A stretch of DNA of 64,000 nucleotides from Deinococcales bacterium (GCA_025359505.1 JANYHH010000035.1:21966-85965), one strand, 5' to 3'. Positions 48,258-58,080 are shown, numbered from the stretch's first letter. A program made the numbers and translations. Notes: generated from the letters alone by a model not told the origin.

Positions 48258-48817
48258 ATCAACCTCGAGCGGCGATACTCGAGCGGGGAGACGCGCATCA
48301 GGCGTTTGAAATTCGCGTTGAAGGCGCTCAGGCTCTGAAAACCGACCTCGAGCGCAATCTCGATCACGGGCTTGGCCGGTGATTCGAGACGGGCACAGGC
48401 GGCTTTGACCCGAGCGCGGTGCAGCACCTCGAGCGGCGTGGCATGGTGGTATGTGCGAAAGAGTTTGTAGAGCTTGGACTCGCTGACCAGTGCTACGGCT
48501 GCCATCTGCGCGACATTTTCAAACTCGAGCGAATTCTGGACGAGTGCTGCGACGAGTTGCGCTTCGCGCTTGGCTGGCTCGAGACCATCGGGGCGGCAGA
48601 GTTTGCAGGCTCTGAACCCCGCACCCACCGCCTCGAGTGGTGTGGCGTAAAAGCGGCGATTCTCGAGTTTCGGCACGCGAGGCGGTTTGCACGATGGGCG
48701 GCAGTAGATTCTGGTGCTGCTGACGCCGACGACGAACAGCCCATCCAAACTGTGGTCGCCCGTGAAAGCCCGCTCGAGCAGTTGCTGGTGATTCATCGCT
48801 GCATTCTGCGCTGCCAA
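48254..48817 (-). CDS. adaA: Ada-type regulator: N-terminal Zn methylphosphotriester-repair domain + AraC HTH
   Basis: Cys ligands in the two motifs CRPSCKPP and FRACKLCRP, then an AraC-type HTH. GTGA overlap with ogt. Confidence 0.8.
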   Translation of the reverse strand: MAAQNAAMNHQQLLERAFTGDHSLDGLFVVGVSSTRIYCRPSCKPPRVPKLENRRFYATPLEAVGAGFRACKLCRPDGLEPAKREAQLVAALVQNSLEFENVAQMAAVALVSESKLYKLFRTYHHATPLEVLHRARVKAACARLESPAKPVIEIALEVGFQSLSAFNANFKRLMRVSPLEYRRSRLM

Positions 48818-48855
48818 GCCGCCGTCTGGCTACCGATTTTCTGCGCGGTAGGCAT

Positions 48856-49365
48856 TCACTGTTGGAACAGGGCTGTATCTTCGGTCGTTTGAAACAAAAG
48901 TGTTCCAACAGCGATCACGTGCTTCAAAGGGATTTTTGGATTGTTGATGTCCTTACTGCCGTCTGCGTGCCATTTGGCTTCCCATTTTGCAAAGAACGCT
49001 TCTAGATCGCTAGGACTGACGCGGTAGATCGAAATGATTTTAATGCCTTCGTAGACGGCGAAGATCCATGGAACGAGACGGTACTTCTGGAGAATTCTAG
49101 GGTTGAGGTGATGGTGCGTGGTGAACTGTTTTTGTTTGAGAACGTTGACCGTTTTCAGTTCGTACTCGTTGCCATTAGCGTCAATCGCATCGTTGCCTTC
49201 TCTGCCCGCGATCACCTTCAAGCCAGTCAGCAACAAGACCTGCAACAGCTTGCCGCCGTTATCCTGAAAAATGTCGTCAATGCCGTGACGGGTGGCGAGC
49301 GCTTGAAACTGCTCCAAGTAAGGAAACAGCTCCTCGAGCTGCTCGAGATCATCATGTGGTCTCAC
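48856..49365 (-). CDS. Type II restriction endonuclease, PvuII family (predicted CAGCTG)
   Basis: Aligns along its length with R.PvuII as I recall it: HGI(N/D)[15 protein letters not shown](I/L)TGL, GREGNDA(V/I)D, EYELK, THHH(M/L)NP, VPWIFA(I/V)Y, DINNPKIP. Confidence 0.85.
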   Translation of the reverse strand: MRPHDDLEQLEELFPYLEQFQALATRHGIDDIFQDNGGKLLQVLLLTGLKVIAGREGNDAIDANGNEYELKTVNVLKQKQFTTHHHLNPRILQKYRLVPWIFAVYEGIKIISIYRVSPSDLEAFFAKWEAKWHADGSKDINNPKIPLKHVIAVGTLLFQTTEDTALFQQ

Positions 49366-49598
49366 GATGCGTCCGCAGTCAGCAGCGCCGCTACTGTGAT
49401 CTGAAAGGCGGTGGCGATCCGCTCGAGGTTATCTATTGAAATGTTGCGCTCGCCGCGCTCGACTGAGCCGATGTACGTGCGGTGCAGACCGCAGAGTTCT
49501 GCCAGCTTCTCTTGCGACACCCCCTGCACTGCCCGCAGTTGACGCAAATTTTTAGACAACACAGCCCGAATTAGGATCGGTGATTTTGCTTGTGGCAC
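49362..49598 (-). CDS. Controller (C) protein, XRE-type HTH
   Basis: 78 aa. The segment [41 protein letters not shown] is typical of R-M C proteins. It overlaps the R gene by 4 nt and is divergent from M, as in PvuII. Confidence 0.85.
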   Translation of the reverse strand: MPQAKSPILIRAVLSKNLRQLRAVQGVSQEKLAELCGLHRTYIGSVERGERNISIDNLERIATAFQITVAALLTADAS

Positions 49599-49621
49599 AA
49601 TTTTAGAATTCAGTAAGTGAT

Positions 49622-49666
49622 GCTTTTAAGTCTACAGACGATGAGTAGCATTTACTGGTGTAGACT
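49622..49666 (-). promoter_or_regulatory. Candidate C-box operator / R-M switch region
   Basis: Inverted repeat agtctaca (49629-49636) / tgtagact (49659-49666). On the C-gene strand ACTCatcGTCTGTAGACTtaaaAGC resembles GACT/AGTC-type C-boxes, about 30 nt upstream of the C start. Confidence 0.5.
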
Positions 49667-49672
49667 GCGACC

Positions 49673-50707
49673 ATGACCGCAGCGAGCCGCTTGATTCACT
49701 CCCAGCTTCCGGCGTACCGCACAGCGCTTGGTGAGTGTCACTGTGGCGATTCCCTCGAGTTGCTGCGACAGCTTCCAGACAACTCCCTCAACTTGGTGAT
49801 GACCAGTCCACCCTTCGCGTTGCAACGCGAAAAAGAGTACGGCAATCGCTCGCAAGCCGATTACGTCGCATGGCTCAGTCAATTCGCCCGCTTGGTGTTT
49901 GAGAAACTGCGCGATGACGGTAGTTTCGTGCTTGATTTGGGTGGCGCGTATCAAAAAGGCGTCCCCTCGAGAAGCCTATACAATTTTCGTGTGCTGCTCG
50001 AGTTCTGCGACGAGATTGGCTTTCATCTGGCAGAGGATTTTTACTGGTTCAATCCCGCGAAGCTGCCCAGCCCAATCGAATGGGTCAACAAACGCAAGAT
50101 TCGCGCCAAAGACGCGGTGAACACGATCTGGTGGTTCTCCAAAACGCCATTTCCAAAAGCTGACGTGACCCGCGTACTGACCGAGTACAGCGACCGCATG
50201 AAGAAGCTGCTGCGAGACCCAGAGAGTTACTACACCCCGCAAAAACGCCCGTCGGGTCACGATATCGGCAGCGCTTTCGCTAAAGACAACGGTGGTGCGA
50301 TTCCGTCAAACCTGTTGCAAATCCCCAACACCGAAGCCAATACTCAGTATCTCGAGTATTGCCGAGCGGCTGGAATCAAAGGACATCCCGCTCGCTTCCC
50401 CGCGAAGCTGCCCGAGTTTTTCATTCGGATGCTGACCGATCCCAATGATTTGGTGCTGGATATCTTCGCGGGTTCAAACACCACGGGCGCGGTCGCCCAA
50501 GCCGAGGGGCGGCGCTGGCTGGCATTTGAGATTGAGCAAAACTATGTCGCCAGCTCAGCCTTCAGGTTCTTGCAGCGTTCAATGCCTGCCACGCAGGTCT
50601 GTGCAGTGCATCAGCAGGTGCTGCAAGGGCAGACCCTCGAGTTGCCATTGCCGCTGGCTACGCCGCAATCGACGCTGTTTGAATTCCCAGTAGCGGCTGA
50701 CGATTAG
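49673..50707 (+). CDS. DNA methyltransferase, beta-class N4-cytosine/N6-adenine type, M.PvuII-like
   Basis: TSPPF catalytic motif near the N-terminus and DIFAGSNTTG SAM motif near the C-terminus. 344 aa, with PvuII-like gene arrangement. Confidence 0.85.
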   Translation: MTAASRLIHSQLPAYRTALGECHCGDSLELLRQLPDNSLNLVMTSPPFALQREKEYGNRSQADYVAWLSQFARLVFEKLRDDGSFVLDLGGAYQKGVPSRSLYNFRVLLEFCDEIGFHLAEDFYWFNPAKLPSPIEWVNKRKIRAKDAVNTIWWFSKTPFPKADVTRVLTEYSDRMKKLLRDPESYYTPQKRPSGHDIGSAFAKDNGGAIPSNLLQIPNTEANTQYLEYCRAAGIKGHPARFPAKLPEFFIRMLTDPNDLVLDIFAGSNTTGAVAQAEGRRWLAFEIEQNYVASSAFRFLQRSMPATQVCAVHQQVLQGQTLELPLPLATPQSTLFEFPVAADD

Positions 50708-51138
50708 GTCATAAATCCAACCGCGTAGACATCACCCTCGCGCAGCTCCAACCGCAAACGCTGCAAGCTCGAGCCTGCGATGCCGCTGTGCGGACTGCCG
50801 TCAGCCGCGTTGAAAACGCTGCCGTGGCACGGGCACTCGAGCTTGTGGTCGCTGTTGGGTAGTTTGACGGTGCAACCCTCGTGCGTGCAGGTCAGCAGGT
50901 ACGCGCTCAAAAACGCGCCGTTTGCCTCGAGCAGCGTCTTGTCTGGAGAAGCGGGTTTGGGAATGCGGGTCAGCAGCGCGGCGTCATCGACCCAAGTGAA
51001 CTTTACGGTATCCCACTCGCTTTTCAGATCCGCCAGCGGCGCGATTTTCAAGACGAATTCAGCGGCGCGGCTTTGGGTCAGCAGTGGCAGGCTCGAGCCG
51101 CCGAGCGCCAAGGCTTTGAGGACATCGCGGCGCTTCAT
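50704..51138 (-). CDS. Tat-exported Rieske [2Fe-2S] domain protein
   Basis: Twin-arginine leader [10 protein letters not shown], then CTHEGCTV...CPCHGSVF. ATGA overlap with galT. Confidence 0.8.
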   Translation of the reverse strand: MKRRDVLKALALGGSSLPLLTQSRAAEFVLKIAPLADLKSEWDTVKFTWVDDAALLTRIPKPASPDKTLLEANGAFLSAYLLTCTHEGCTVKLPNSDHKLECPCHGSVFNAADGSPHSGIAGSSLQRLRLELREGDVYAVGFMT

Positions 51139-52226
51139 AACCAGCTCGAGACATCCACGGCGCGAAGGTCGGCTGCTTTGTCCTCGGGGAGTACGTCCAT
51201 CGCTACGAGTCCCGCGCCGAGTTCCGTACCCGCCAAGTATTTGAGCTTGTCTTTGGTGCGGTACGGCGGGTAGAACTCCATGTGGAAATGCGCCTCGGGG
51301 TGCGCGTGGCCATCGGTCGGCGCTTGGTGCATGACCATCAGGTACGGGAAAATCGGGCGGGATTCAAAGAGGTTGTCGAATTTGAGCAGCACGGTCTTCA
51401 GTACCAACGCCAAATCTTTACGCTCATCATCCGTCAACTCTGTGAGGCTGGGGGCAGCGCGAATCGGCGCGATCCAGACTTCATACGGATAGCGGGCAAA
51501 CGCGGGGATGAAGGCGATGACTGTCGCTGATCGCACCACGACCCGTTCATTAGACTCGAGTTCCTTGCCGATAATGTCCTCGAGCAAACCGCGACTGTGC
51601 GCGTCGAAGAATCTTTGTTGCTGCTCCAGTTCCCGCGCTGGCACGGGTGGTACGTGATCGTAAGCGTAAATCTGCCCGTGCGGATGGTGCAGCGTCACGC
51701 CCATTTCGACGCCGCGATTCTCAAACGGCATCACGTATTTGATGTGCTCTAGCGCTCCGATTGTTTTGTAACGCTCCGTCCAGACTTCGATCAGCAACTC
51801 GAGCTTGCCTAATCCCATTTTGGTCAGGCTGTCGCTGGCGTCTTGGCTGAAGACCACGACCTCGCAGTGACCGATGCCCGCGCTGGTTGGCACGATGCTG
51901 TCGGGCGGGTCGTGCGCTGCCAGCGCGAGGCTTGGAAAGCGGTTATCGAAGACGGCGATTTCAAAATCGCCCTGCGGTAATTCTGTGGGGAACTCTGGAT
52001 TTGTCGTCGGCGCGAGCGGGTTGTAATCGGCTGGCGGCAGGAACGGGCGACCCTGACGCTGCGCGGCATACGTGACCCATTCCGCCCGCAATGGATGCCA
52101 GCGCAGGTGCGGGTTGGGGTGCAGCGCGTCTGCGCCCGGACTCGGCGCGGGGTCACTGCTGATCTCAGTCCTCGAGTACAGGTGAAGTGCGCGACCATCT
52201 GGCTTCACTAAAGTTTTGCGCTGCAT
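51135..52226 (-). CDS. galT: Galactose-1-phosphate uridylyltransferase (HIT superfamily)
   Basis: ORF track 51135..52376, likely ATG 52226 ([12 protein letters not shown]). Active site [10 protein letters not shown]. Confidence 0.8.
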   Translation of the reverse strand: MQRKTLVKPDGRALHLYSRTEISSDPAPSPGADALHPNPHLRWHPLRAEWVTYAAQRQGRPFLPPADYNPLAPTTNPEFPTELPQGDFEIAVFDNRFPSLALAAHDPPDSIVPTSAGIGHCEVVVFSQDASDSLTKMGLGKLELLIEVWTERYKTIGALEHIKYVMPFENRGVEMGVTLHHPHGQIYAYDHVPPVPARELEQQQRFFDAHSRGLLEDIIGKELESNERVVVRSATVIAFIPAFARYPYEVWIAPIRAAPSLTELTDDERKDLALVLKTVLLKFDNLFESRPIFPYLMVMHQAPTDGHAHPEAHFHMEFYPPYRTKDKLKYLAGTELGAGLVAMDVLPEDKAADLRAVDVSSWL

Positions 52227-52238
52227 TTGCGACCAGTG

Positions 52239-52318
52239 TACCTGAGCTGCCCTGTACCCGAGCTGTCCTGCACTCGAGCTGCCCTGTACTCGAGCTGCCC
52301 TGTACTCGAGCGGTCTTC
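52239..52318. repeat. 16-bp tandem repeat, 5 units (consensus TACTCGAGCTGCCCTG)
   Basis: Units start at 52239, 52255, 52271, 52287 and 52303. Three of them carry an intact CTCGAG. Confidence 0.9.
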
Positions 52319-52391
52319 GCGCTGTGAACCTCGAGCCGTGATGAGCGTCATTCTCCCACGCTGCCCAGCATGTCACCCAAGCCTCGGTAAT

Positions 52392-53195
52392 TCAAATCAT
52401 GGGAGACGCGGGCGGTTGAGCCTTGTAGAAATCGCAGATTTCAATCAGAGGACAGCCCTGACAAGCTGGACGATCATAGAAGCAGCAGCGCTGTCCGTGC
52501 AGCATCATCGCTTCGTGATTGTCATAGACGCGTTGTGCATCCCAATCCGTGGGCAGCAGCCCCTCGAGTTGACGGTGCGCGGCCCTCAGCGAGGTGTTGC
52601 CCGCGATCAACCCGACCCTGACCGCCACGCGGTAATGGTGGCTGTCCACTGGCAGCGCTGGACGGCGCAGATTGCTGAACAGCAATGTCGCCGCGCTGGT
52701 TTTCGGGCCCACACCGGGCAGTTGCTCGAGCCATGCCCGCGCCGCTGGAACGGGCATGGCTGCCAGAAATCCGAGGCTCAGCTCGCCTTTGAGTTCGGTG
52801 ATGAGGCGCAGTACCGTTTGGATGCGCGGCGCTTTTTGCTCTGGCCAAGTTGCGCTCGCAATCGCGGCCCGCACCGCTTCCACGTCCGCGTCGCGCACAC
52901 CCGTCCAAGTTGGGAAGCGCTGGCGCAGGTGTTGATACGCGAGGGCTGAATCGCGGTTCTTGGTGCGGTGCGACAGCAGGCTCGAGATCAGCTCGCTGAG
53001 CGGATCGCGTTCTGCGAAAAACGGAATCGGACACTGGTACAGCGCACAAAGCTGGCGATGCACCTCGAGCGCTTTTCGGGAAAGGCATGATTGATTGGCG
53101 GCGGCGCTATTGAAACTATCCTGAATCTCAACCAGATCGTCAGCCGAGCCTCGAGCGGGCAGTGAATCCGGTGCGTCTAGATTTGAAGCCATCAT
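52392..53195 (-). CDS. nth: Endonuclease III-family HhH-GPD DNA glycosylase with a 4Fe-4S cluster
   Basis: HhH motif LPGVGPKTSAATLLFS and a C-terminal Cys cluster in two motifs, CCFYDRPAC and CPLIEIC. Confidence 0.8.
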   Translation of the reverse strand: MMASNLDAPDSLPARGSADDLVEIQDSFNSAAANQSCLSRKALEVHRQLCALYQCPIPFFAERDPLSELISSLLSHRTKNRDSALAYQHLRQRFPTWTGVRDADVEAVRAAIASATWPEQKAPRIQTVLRLITELKGELSLGFLAAMPVPAARAWLEQLPGVGPKTSAATLLFSNLRRPALPVDSHHYRVAVRVGLIAGNTSLRAAHRQLEGLLPTDWDAQRVYDNHEAMMLHGQRCCFYDRPACQGCPLIEICDFYKAQPPASPMI

Positions 53196-53603
53196 AGCGT
53201 GTCATTTTTGATGTTGCGACTGACGCTGCGCTGAGCACGCTTTGAATGGCAGTTGTGAACCGAGAGGGGATTCCCGAGGCGTGCTCGAGCTGAAATTCTG
53301 GAGGATTCAATCTTTGAGGGTCAGATCCCTGCGAGGCTCGCTTCAAAAGTGCAACGTTTGAATAGCCGGGGATTGTGTATCCGTGTCTCGAGAAGATTCG
53401 CTGCTTTTCGTACCTCAAGCCAAGGAAAAGAGGTTCCTGATTCGGGAATCGAAGTTCTGACTGGCTCAGCGCCAAGTTATGAGCTTTGATAAAGCCAGTG
53501 TGCGCCGTTTGTGTTTTGAAATTTTTCACTGCTCGAGTTTCGGCTGTGCATGACCGATTTACCGTGTCACGCAGAAATTTCTTGGTTTCAAACCCTCAAG
53601 TCG

Positions 53604-53900
53604 TTAGTTGTTCGGGTAATCGCCGCGCCCGAATTCGCTTTTGGCATCCGCTAAACACAAGCACCAATCGGTGACACTGCGAGCGCCCGCTTCGACTGCT
53701 TCGCTCGGCGTGCTGAACGGCAGGTCGCTCAGAAAGCGTTGCCGGGCGAGCTTCAAGTAATTCTCGTCGCGCATCTTCGCCAGCGTGCGCGGTGCGATGT
53801 ACCCGGTGTGTTCTCTCGAGTGGCTGAGTTCACTTGACCTCGAGTGGAAAAAGCTGTGGGTGGGTTGAGAAGCAAGATCGGTTTGCATCGCGTTTTTCAT
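53604..53900 (-). CDS. Hypothetical small protein
   Basis: 98-aa ORF in a lower-GC stretch. No motif recognised, so the coding status is uncertain. Confidence 0.35.
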   Translation of the reverse strand: MKNAMQTDLASQPTHSFFHSRSSELSHSREHTGYIAPRTLAKMRDENYLKLARQRFLSDLPFSTPSEAVEAGARSVTDWCLCLADAKSEFGRGDYPNN

Positions 53901-54002
53901 GGTGTTCCCCCTACTTGATTGCTTTGACTGGCGAGGAGCATAAAAAGCTTGACTGAACGCGATTTGGTTAACTGCTGAACCGAAGCTGATGAGCGCGACG
54001 AA

Positions 54003-54677
54003 TTAACTCGAGCGCATCACGTAACCGACGTTGCGAATCGTGTGAATCAGCCGCTGTTCGCTGCTCTCCTCGAGTTTCTGCCTGAGCTGCGAGATGAAGA
54101 CCTCGACAACGTTCTCGTCGCCGAAGAAATCCTCGCCCCAGACGCGATCCAGCAGGTAGGATTTGCTCATCACGCGCTCGGGTTGCTCCAAGAACTCTTG
54201 CAGCAACTTGAATTCGCGGCTGGTCAGCACCAGATGGCGTTTGCCGCGATGCGCGGTGAAGGCTGAGACATCCATTGAGAGGTCATCAAAACGCAGCAAA
54301 TTACTGACTTTGCCGCCCAACCTGCGCTGTATCGCTCGGACTCGAGCCATCAGCACATCGAAATTCACGGGTTTGACCACGTAATCGTCCGCGCCGCTGT
54401 CCAAACCCTCCAACTGCGCTTCGGGCGCATCGTTGGCGGTCAGCATAATCACTGGAACGGTCGAATCGGCTGACCTCAAACGGCGCAATACCTCAAAGCC
54501 GTCAATGCCGGGCATCATCAAATCCAGCAAAATCAAGTGTGGTGTGCGGTCAAGCGCGATCCGCAAGCCAAGCTCGCCAGACTCAGCCGTGTCGACCTGA
54601 AAGCCTTCAAAGGACAAGCCACGCTTTAAAAAGCTGCGGACACTCGCGTCATCGTCGATCACCAAAATGCGTTGCAT
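54003..54677 (-). CDS. OmpR-family response regulator (no adjacent kinase)
   Basis: ORF track 54003..54839. ATG 54677 gives MQRILVIDDD. Receiver domain plus winged-helix domain (IHTIRNVGYVMR). Confidence 0.9.
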   Translation of the reverse strand: MQRILVIDDDASVRSFLKRGLSFEGFQVDTAESGELGLRIALDRTPHLILLDLMMPGIDGFEVLRRLRSADSTVPVIMLTANDAPEAQLEGLDSGADDYVVKPVNFDVLMARVRAIQRRLGGKVSNLLRFDDLSMDVSAFTAHRGKRHLVLTSREFKLLQEFLEQPERVMSKSYLLDRVWGEDFFGDENVVEVFISQLRQKLEESSEQRLIHTIRNVGYVMRSS

Positions 54678-54974
54678 GACGCCATTAGAACGTAAATTGC
54701 CAGCGCGTGTCATGGCTCGAGTCTGAAGCGAAACTGAACTCAAGCTGAGGACGCATTCAGCTTCGCCGTTATTGAAACTGAGAAAAACGGAGAAAAACTG
54801 CCTCGCACGATGAAGAAACTCGACTCGAGCGTTCACCAAAGCTGATTCAGGTTACGCTCGAGGCTCTGCTACACCACCTGGATGGTTTTCTCGAGAAAAC
54901 TCGAGTTGCGGTGCAGAGGAACGGGGACGCTCGAGCACTGAAAAAATTGTCGCTCGAGCATTGCAGCTTCAGCG

Positions 54975-56561
54975 CTAAAACCACGTTCGCACGAGTGGGA
55001 TCAGCAGCGTTAGCAGCAGGCCGACGTGAAAAACCCACTGCGCGACGATGGCGGGCAACGTGCCGCCAGCGCGGTTGGTGAAGTACAGCAACCCGACGGC
55101 AATACCGATCAGCAGGGGTAGCGGTGAGGTCAGCGCCAGCGCGTAAATCACACTGAGAATCGCGTAGGCAATCGGTTGACCGTAGCGCTTCTCCATCGGG
55201 TAGAGCGCAAAAGCCCTGAAAAACACTTCGGTCAGCGGCAAGATGATGACGACCACAGCCAACGAGCTGCGCCACGTCGACAAATCGAGGTAAAAACCCT
55301 TGAAGTTCAGAAAATGTGCGCCGTACTGGTAAAGCAGCGTCACAGCCAATATCACCAAGCCGACCGCCGGGCCGTCCAGTACCAACTCGCGTTGGGCTGT
55401 TCCCAGCAACTGCTGACGGGCGTTCCAACCGTTGCTGACTGCGGTCTGAAACGATAAGCCGACCAGCGTGAGCGAAAAGAAAATAAAGTAGATGTCTTTG
55501 GTCAGTGCGGACTGGAATGGGGTCATGATCGCCAAGTAATTGCCGTAAATCAGATTGCCTGATACCAGCGCCGCGACCGCGCCGACCAGCACCGCCAGCA
55601 GCAGCCACAGGTACGCCACACCGACCGTCCACGGGCGCGGCCCATCCTGAATCTCTATGGTCGACAGCGGCTCGATGCGGCTCTCGCCGATCAAATGCAG
55701 CACCAGCAACAGCATGGCTCCCAGCAGCCACGGCAGCGATCTGGAAATGAACAGCGCGAACAGGTTGCCTTGGTTGTCCATCAGCGCCAGCACGCGCCCA
55801 CCCTCGTTGAAGCGCCCCTGCCCGAAATAGGCGTAGGTCAGTGCGCCCAAAGCCCGCTGGTACGTCTCGCGCTCGCCTGAGAAGCTCTGCGCTTTGCCGG
55901 TGATGCCTTCCAAGGTGGCAATCGCGGCCGTGAGGTCGCCCGCCACCCACTGGGCCCGACCGAGGTCTGCCAGTATCGGCGCGGTTTTCAGCGGTGCGCC
56001 TTGCAAAGCCAGCACCGCTTGGATCGGATCGCGTTTGAGGTACAACTCGGCCGCCGCACGACGCAATTTAATGTCGCGGGCATCGAGCATCAACGCACGT
56101 TCAAAAGCGCGAATCGCATCCTCGTCGAAGCTTTGCTTGGCAAGCACCGTGCCACTGACCCGCAGCGCCCGGATCGTTTCCAAGCGCGGTAAGTTTGGGC
56201 TGCTCAGCGCGGCGTTGCTGGCATCCAAGGCAACTTGCAGGTCATTCCTGAAAAGGGCGATTTCACTGGCGATGATCTCGTTCTCAGCATTGGTATCGCG
56301 GCTGCGGGCCTGACCGAGCGCCCCCTCGGCGGCATCTGGCTTGCCGTTTGACAGCAACACGCGGGCGTACAAGCGCTGATACTCGGCTGATTCTGGGTTG
56401 AACTGCACGGCGGTATTACAAAACTGCTCCGCGATTTGCGGGTTGTCTTGGCGCAGGTAAAACTCCACGCAGCGACTGAACGAAGTCTGCGCTTCCTTGG
56501 ACTGCGCTCCCGCGACACCGCCGAAACTCAGCAATGCAATCAAGACTACAAAAAACCTCAC
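54975..56561 (-). CDS. TPR-repeat protein fused to a CPBP-family (CAAX/Abi) intramembrane metalloprotease
   Basis: Signal peptide, TPR-like N-terminal half, and a C-terminal 8-TM region with the PLTEVFFRAF motif (EExxxR-like). Confidence 0.7.
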   Translation of the reverse strand: MRFFVVLIALLSFGGVAGAQSKEAQTSFSRCVEFYLRQDNPQIAEQFCNTAVQFNPESAEYQRLYARVLLSNGKPDAAEGALGQARSRDTNAENEIIASEIALFRNDLQVALDASNAALSSPNLPRLETIRALRVSGTVLAKQSFDEDAIRAFERALMLDARDIKLRRAAAELYLKRDPIQAVLALQGAPLKTAPILADLGRAQWVAGDLTAAIATLEGITGKAQSFSGERETYQRALGALTYAYFGQGRFNEGGRVLALMDNQGNLFALFISRSLPWLLGAMLLLVLHLIGESRIEPLSTIEIQDGPRPWTVGVAYLWLLLAVLVGAVAALVSGNLIYGNYLAIMTPFQSALTKDIYFIFFSLTLVGLSFQTAVSNGWNARQQLLGTAQRELVLDGPAVGLVILAVTLLYQYGAHFLNFKGFYLDLSTWRSSLAVVVIILPLTEVFFRAFALYPMEKRYGQPIAYAILSVIYALALTSPLPLLIGIAVGLLYFTNRAGGTLPAIVAQWVFHVGLLLTLLIPLVRTWF

Positions 56562-56701
56562 ACTTGTATCTTAACAGAGGTTGCGCCCTCAACCCGCGTG
56601 TAACTGGCACGCTGACGGCAATCACGACCGCTATTGAAAGTGCTGATGAGTTCAAGTGCTGATGAGTCTTGGTCTCAGGCTCGAGGGGTAGACTATTGGC
56701 A

Positions 56702-57571
56702 ATGAGGAATCTCAGCCTCGCGTTGGGCGGCGGTGGTGTGCGTGGCGCGGCCCACATCGGCGTGCTGCGGGCGCTCAGTGAAGCAGATTTAGCCCCGAAG
56801 GCAATAGCGGGAACCTCGAGCGGCGCGATTGTCGCGATGTTGTACGCCTTGGAAACCAGCGAGCGCTTCGGGGGGGATACCTACCGGCACATCGAACGGA
56901 TCGGCGCTCAGGGCTACGCGGAACTGCGGCTTCTTTTTCACCCGCAGATTGCGCGGGCGGTCACGTTATCGGATCGCCTGAAGGTTCTGGCGGGTTGGGA
57001 GCGCGTGATTCGCGGCGGCGTTTTTGGTGCGGGCATGGTCAGCCAAGAGGTGCTGCGCTCTAACTTAATCGCGATGATCGGTGGGGCGCGATTCGAGGAT
57101 GCACGGCTTCCGTTGGCGTTCATCGCTGTGGACTTGATGAAGGGCGAAAAAGTCGTTCTGAACAGCGGCTCGATGCTCGAGGCGGCGCTGGCCTCGAGTG
57201 CGATTCCCGGCGTTTTCCCGCCGGTTGCGCTGAACGGTCAACTGCTGAGCGATGGTCACATCGTTGATAACATTCCCGTGGATGACGCGAGGGCGCTCAT
57301 TGGTAACGCTTTTGTGCTGGCGGTGGACATCGGCGATCACAGCCCACCGAGCGTCCCAAAAACCGCGCTGGACGTGATCCTCAGGTCAGCCGCGATCAGC
57401 CGCGATCACCTGCGCCGCTCGAGCCTAGCGCGGGCTGACCTGACGCTGAGCTTCGCAGATGTCACGGCTGGAAGCTTCGAGTACGAGCGCAGCCAAGAAC
57501 TCGCGCAGATCGGCTATGAGCGCACGTTGGCACTGATCCCCACGCTCAAGGCGGCGCTCGAGAAGACTTGA
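56702..57571 (+). CDS. Patatin-like phospholipase
   Basis: GGGVRG oxyanion loop, GTSSG nucleophile, and the SDGHIVDN Asp motif. Confidence 0.85.
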   Translation: MRNLSLALGGGGVRGAAHIGVLRALSEADLAPKAIAGTSSGAIVAMLYALETSERFGGDTYRHIERIGAQGYAELRLLFHPQIARAVTLSDRLKVLAGWERVIRGGVFGAGMVSQEVLRSNLIAMIGGARFEDARLPLAFIAVDLMKGEKVVLNSGSMLEAALASSAIPGVFPPVALNGQLLSDGHIVDNIPVDDARALIGNAFVLAVDIGDHSPPSVPKTALDVILRSAAISRDHLRRSSLARADLTLSFADVTAGSFEYERSQELAQIGYERTLALIPTLKAALEKT

Positions 57572-57609
57572 AAGTAGCTCGAGTAAACAGAGATTCTTGA
57601 TTTGAGCAT

Positions 57610-58080
57610 TTAATCGGGGCGAAGTTCACTTTCGCGCGGCGGGATTCTGCGAGCCAGCAGCAGCAACCGCGCCGAGGCGAAAATCAGCATTTGCAGACTG
57701 ACGAAAAATAGCACTCCCGCCCCGAAGCGCCAGCCTTCCAAAGCCACCAGCAGCCACGCGAAAATCGCGGGCAGCGCCGCTGACCCGCCGAGCAAAATAG
57801 CGAATTGTAGGCCGGTGCGTAGGCTCGGCTGGCGGGTGAATTCGCGCTCAGCGAAGCCCGCGATGCAGGTTGACATCAGCAGCGCCAAACCCAGCAACCA
57901 CCACGTCCATCCCAGATCCGCATGGGCAGATCGCCCCAGCAACCACGCGACCACTGCGGGAATGGCCAGCAACCCAACTTGAGACATGTAAATCGCTAGC
58001 ATCGCCTGCCGCAACCCGGCCGCGATCTGCATCGGTGTGGCGTGCTGATCGGTTAGAGCGGTCTCGAGCGCGGGCAACAT
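57610..58080 (-). CDS. Hypothetical 4-TM membrane protein
   Basis: 156-aa hydrophobic ORF. Confidence 0.5.
   Translation of the reverse strand: MLPALETALTDQHATPMQIAAGLRQAMLAIYMSQVGLLAIPAVVAWLLGRSAHADLGWTWWLLGLALLMSTCIAGFAEREFTRQPSLRTGLQFAILLGGSAALPAIFAWLLVALEGWRFGAGVLFFVSLQMLIFASARLLLLARRIPPRESELRPD

Noticed and set aside
52239-52318. Possible CRISPR array (also considered for 14573-14626 and 60125-60194)
   Set aside because: The units are contiguous 16-30-bp tandem repeats without unique spacers, and no cas genes are present. These are simple tandem repeats.
53140-53529. 129-aa minus-strand ORF in the lower-GC stretch upstream of nth
   Set aside because: It has no recognisable motif, overlaps the nth start and has an odd composition. 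Evidence is insufficient to call it a gene, so the region 53200-53600 is left unannotated.
54847-55950. 367-aa minus-strand ORF
   Set aside because: It is an alternative frame of the TPR-CPBP gene (54975..56561). The translation is Arg/Gly/Ala-rich and lacks the TM/TPR logic of the other frame.
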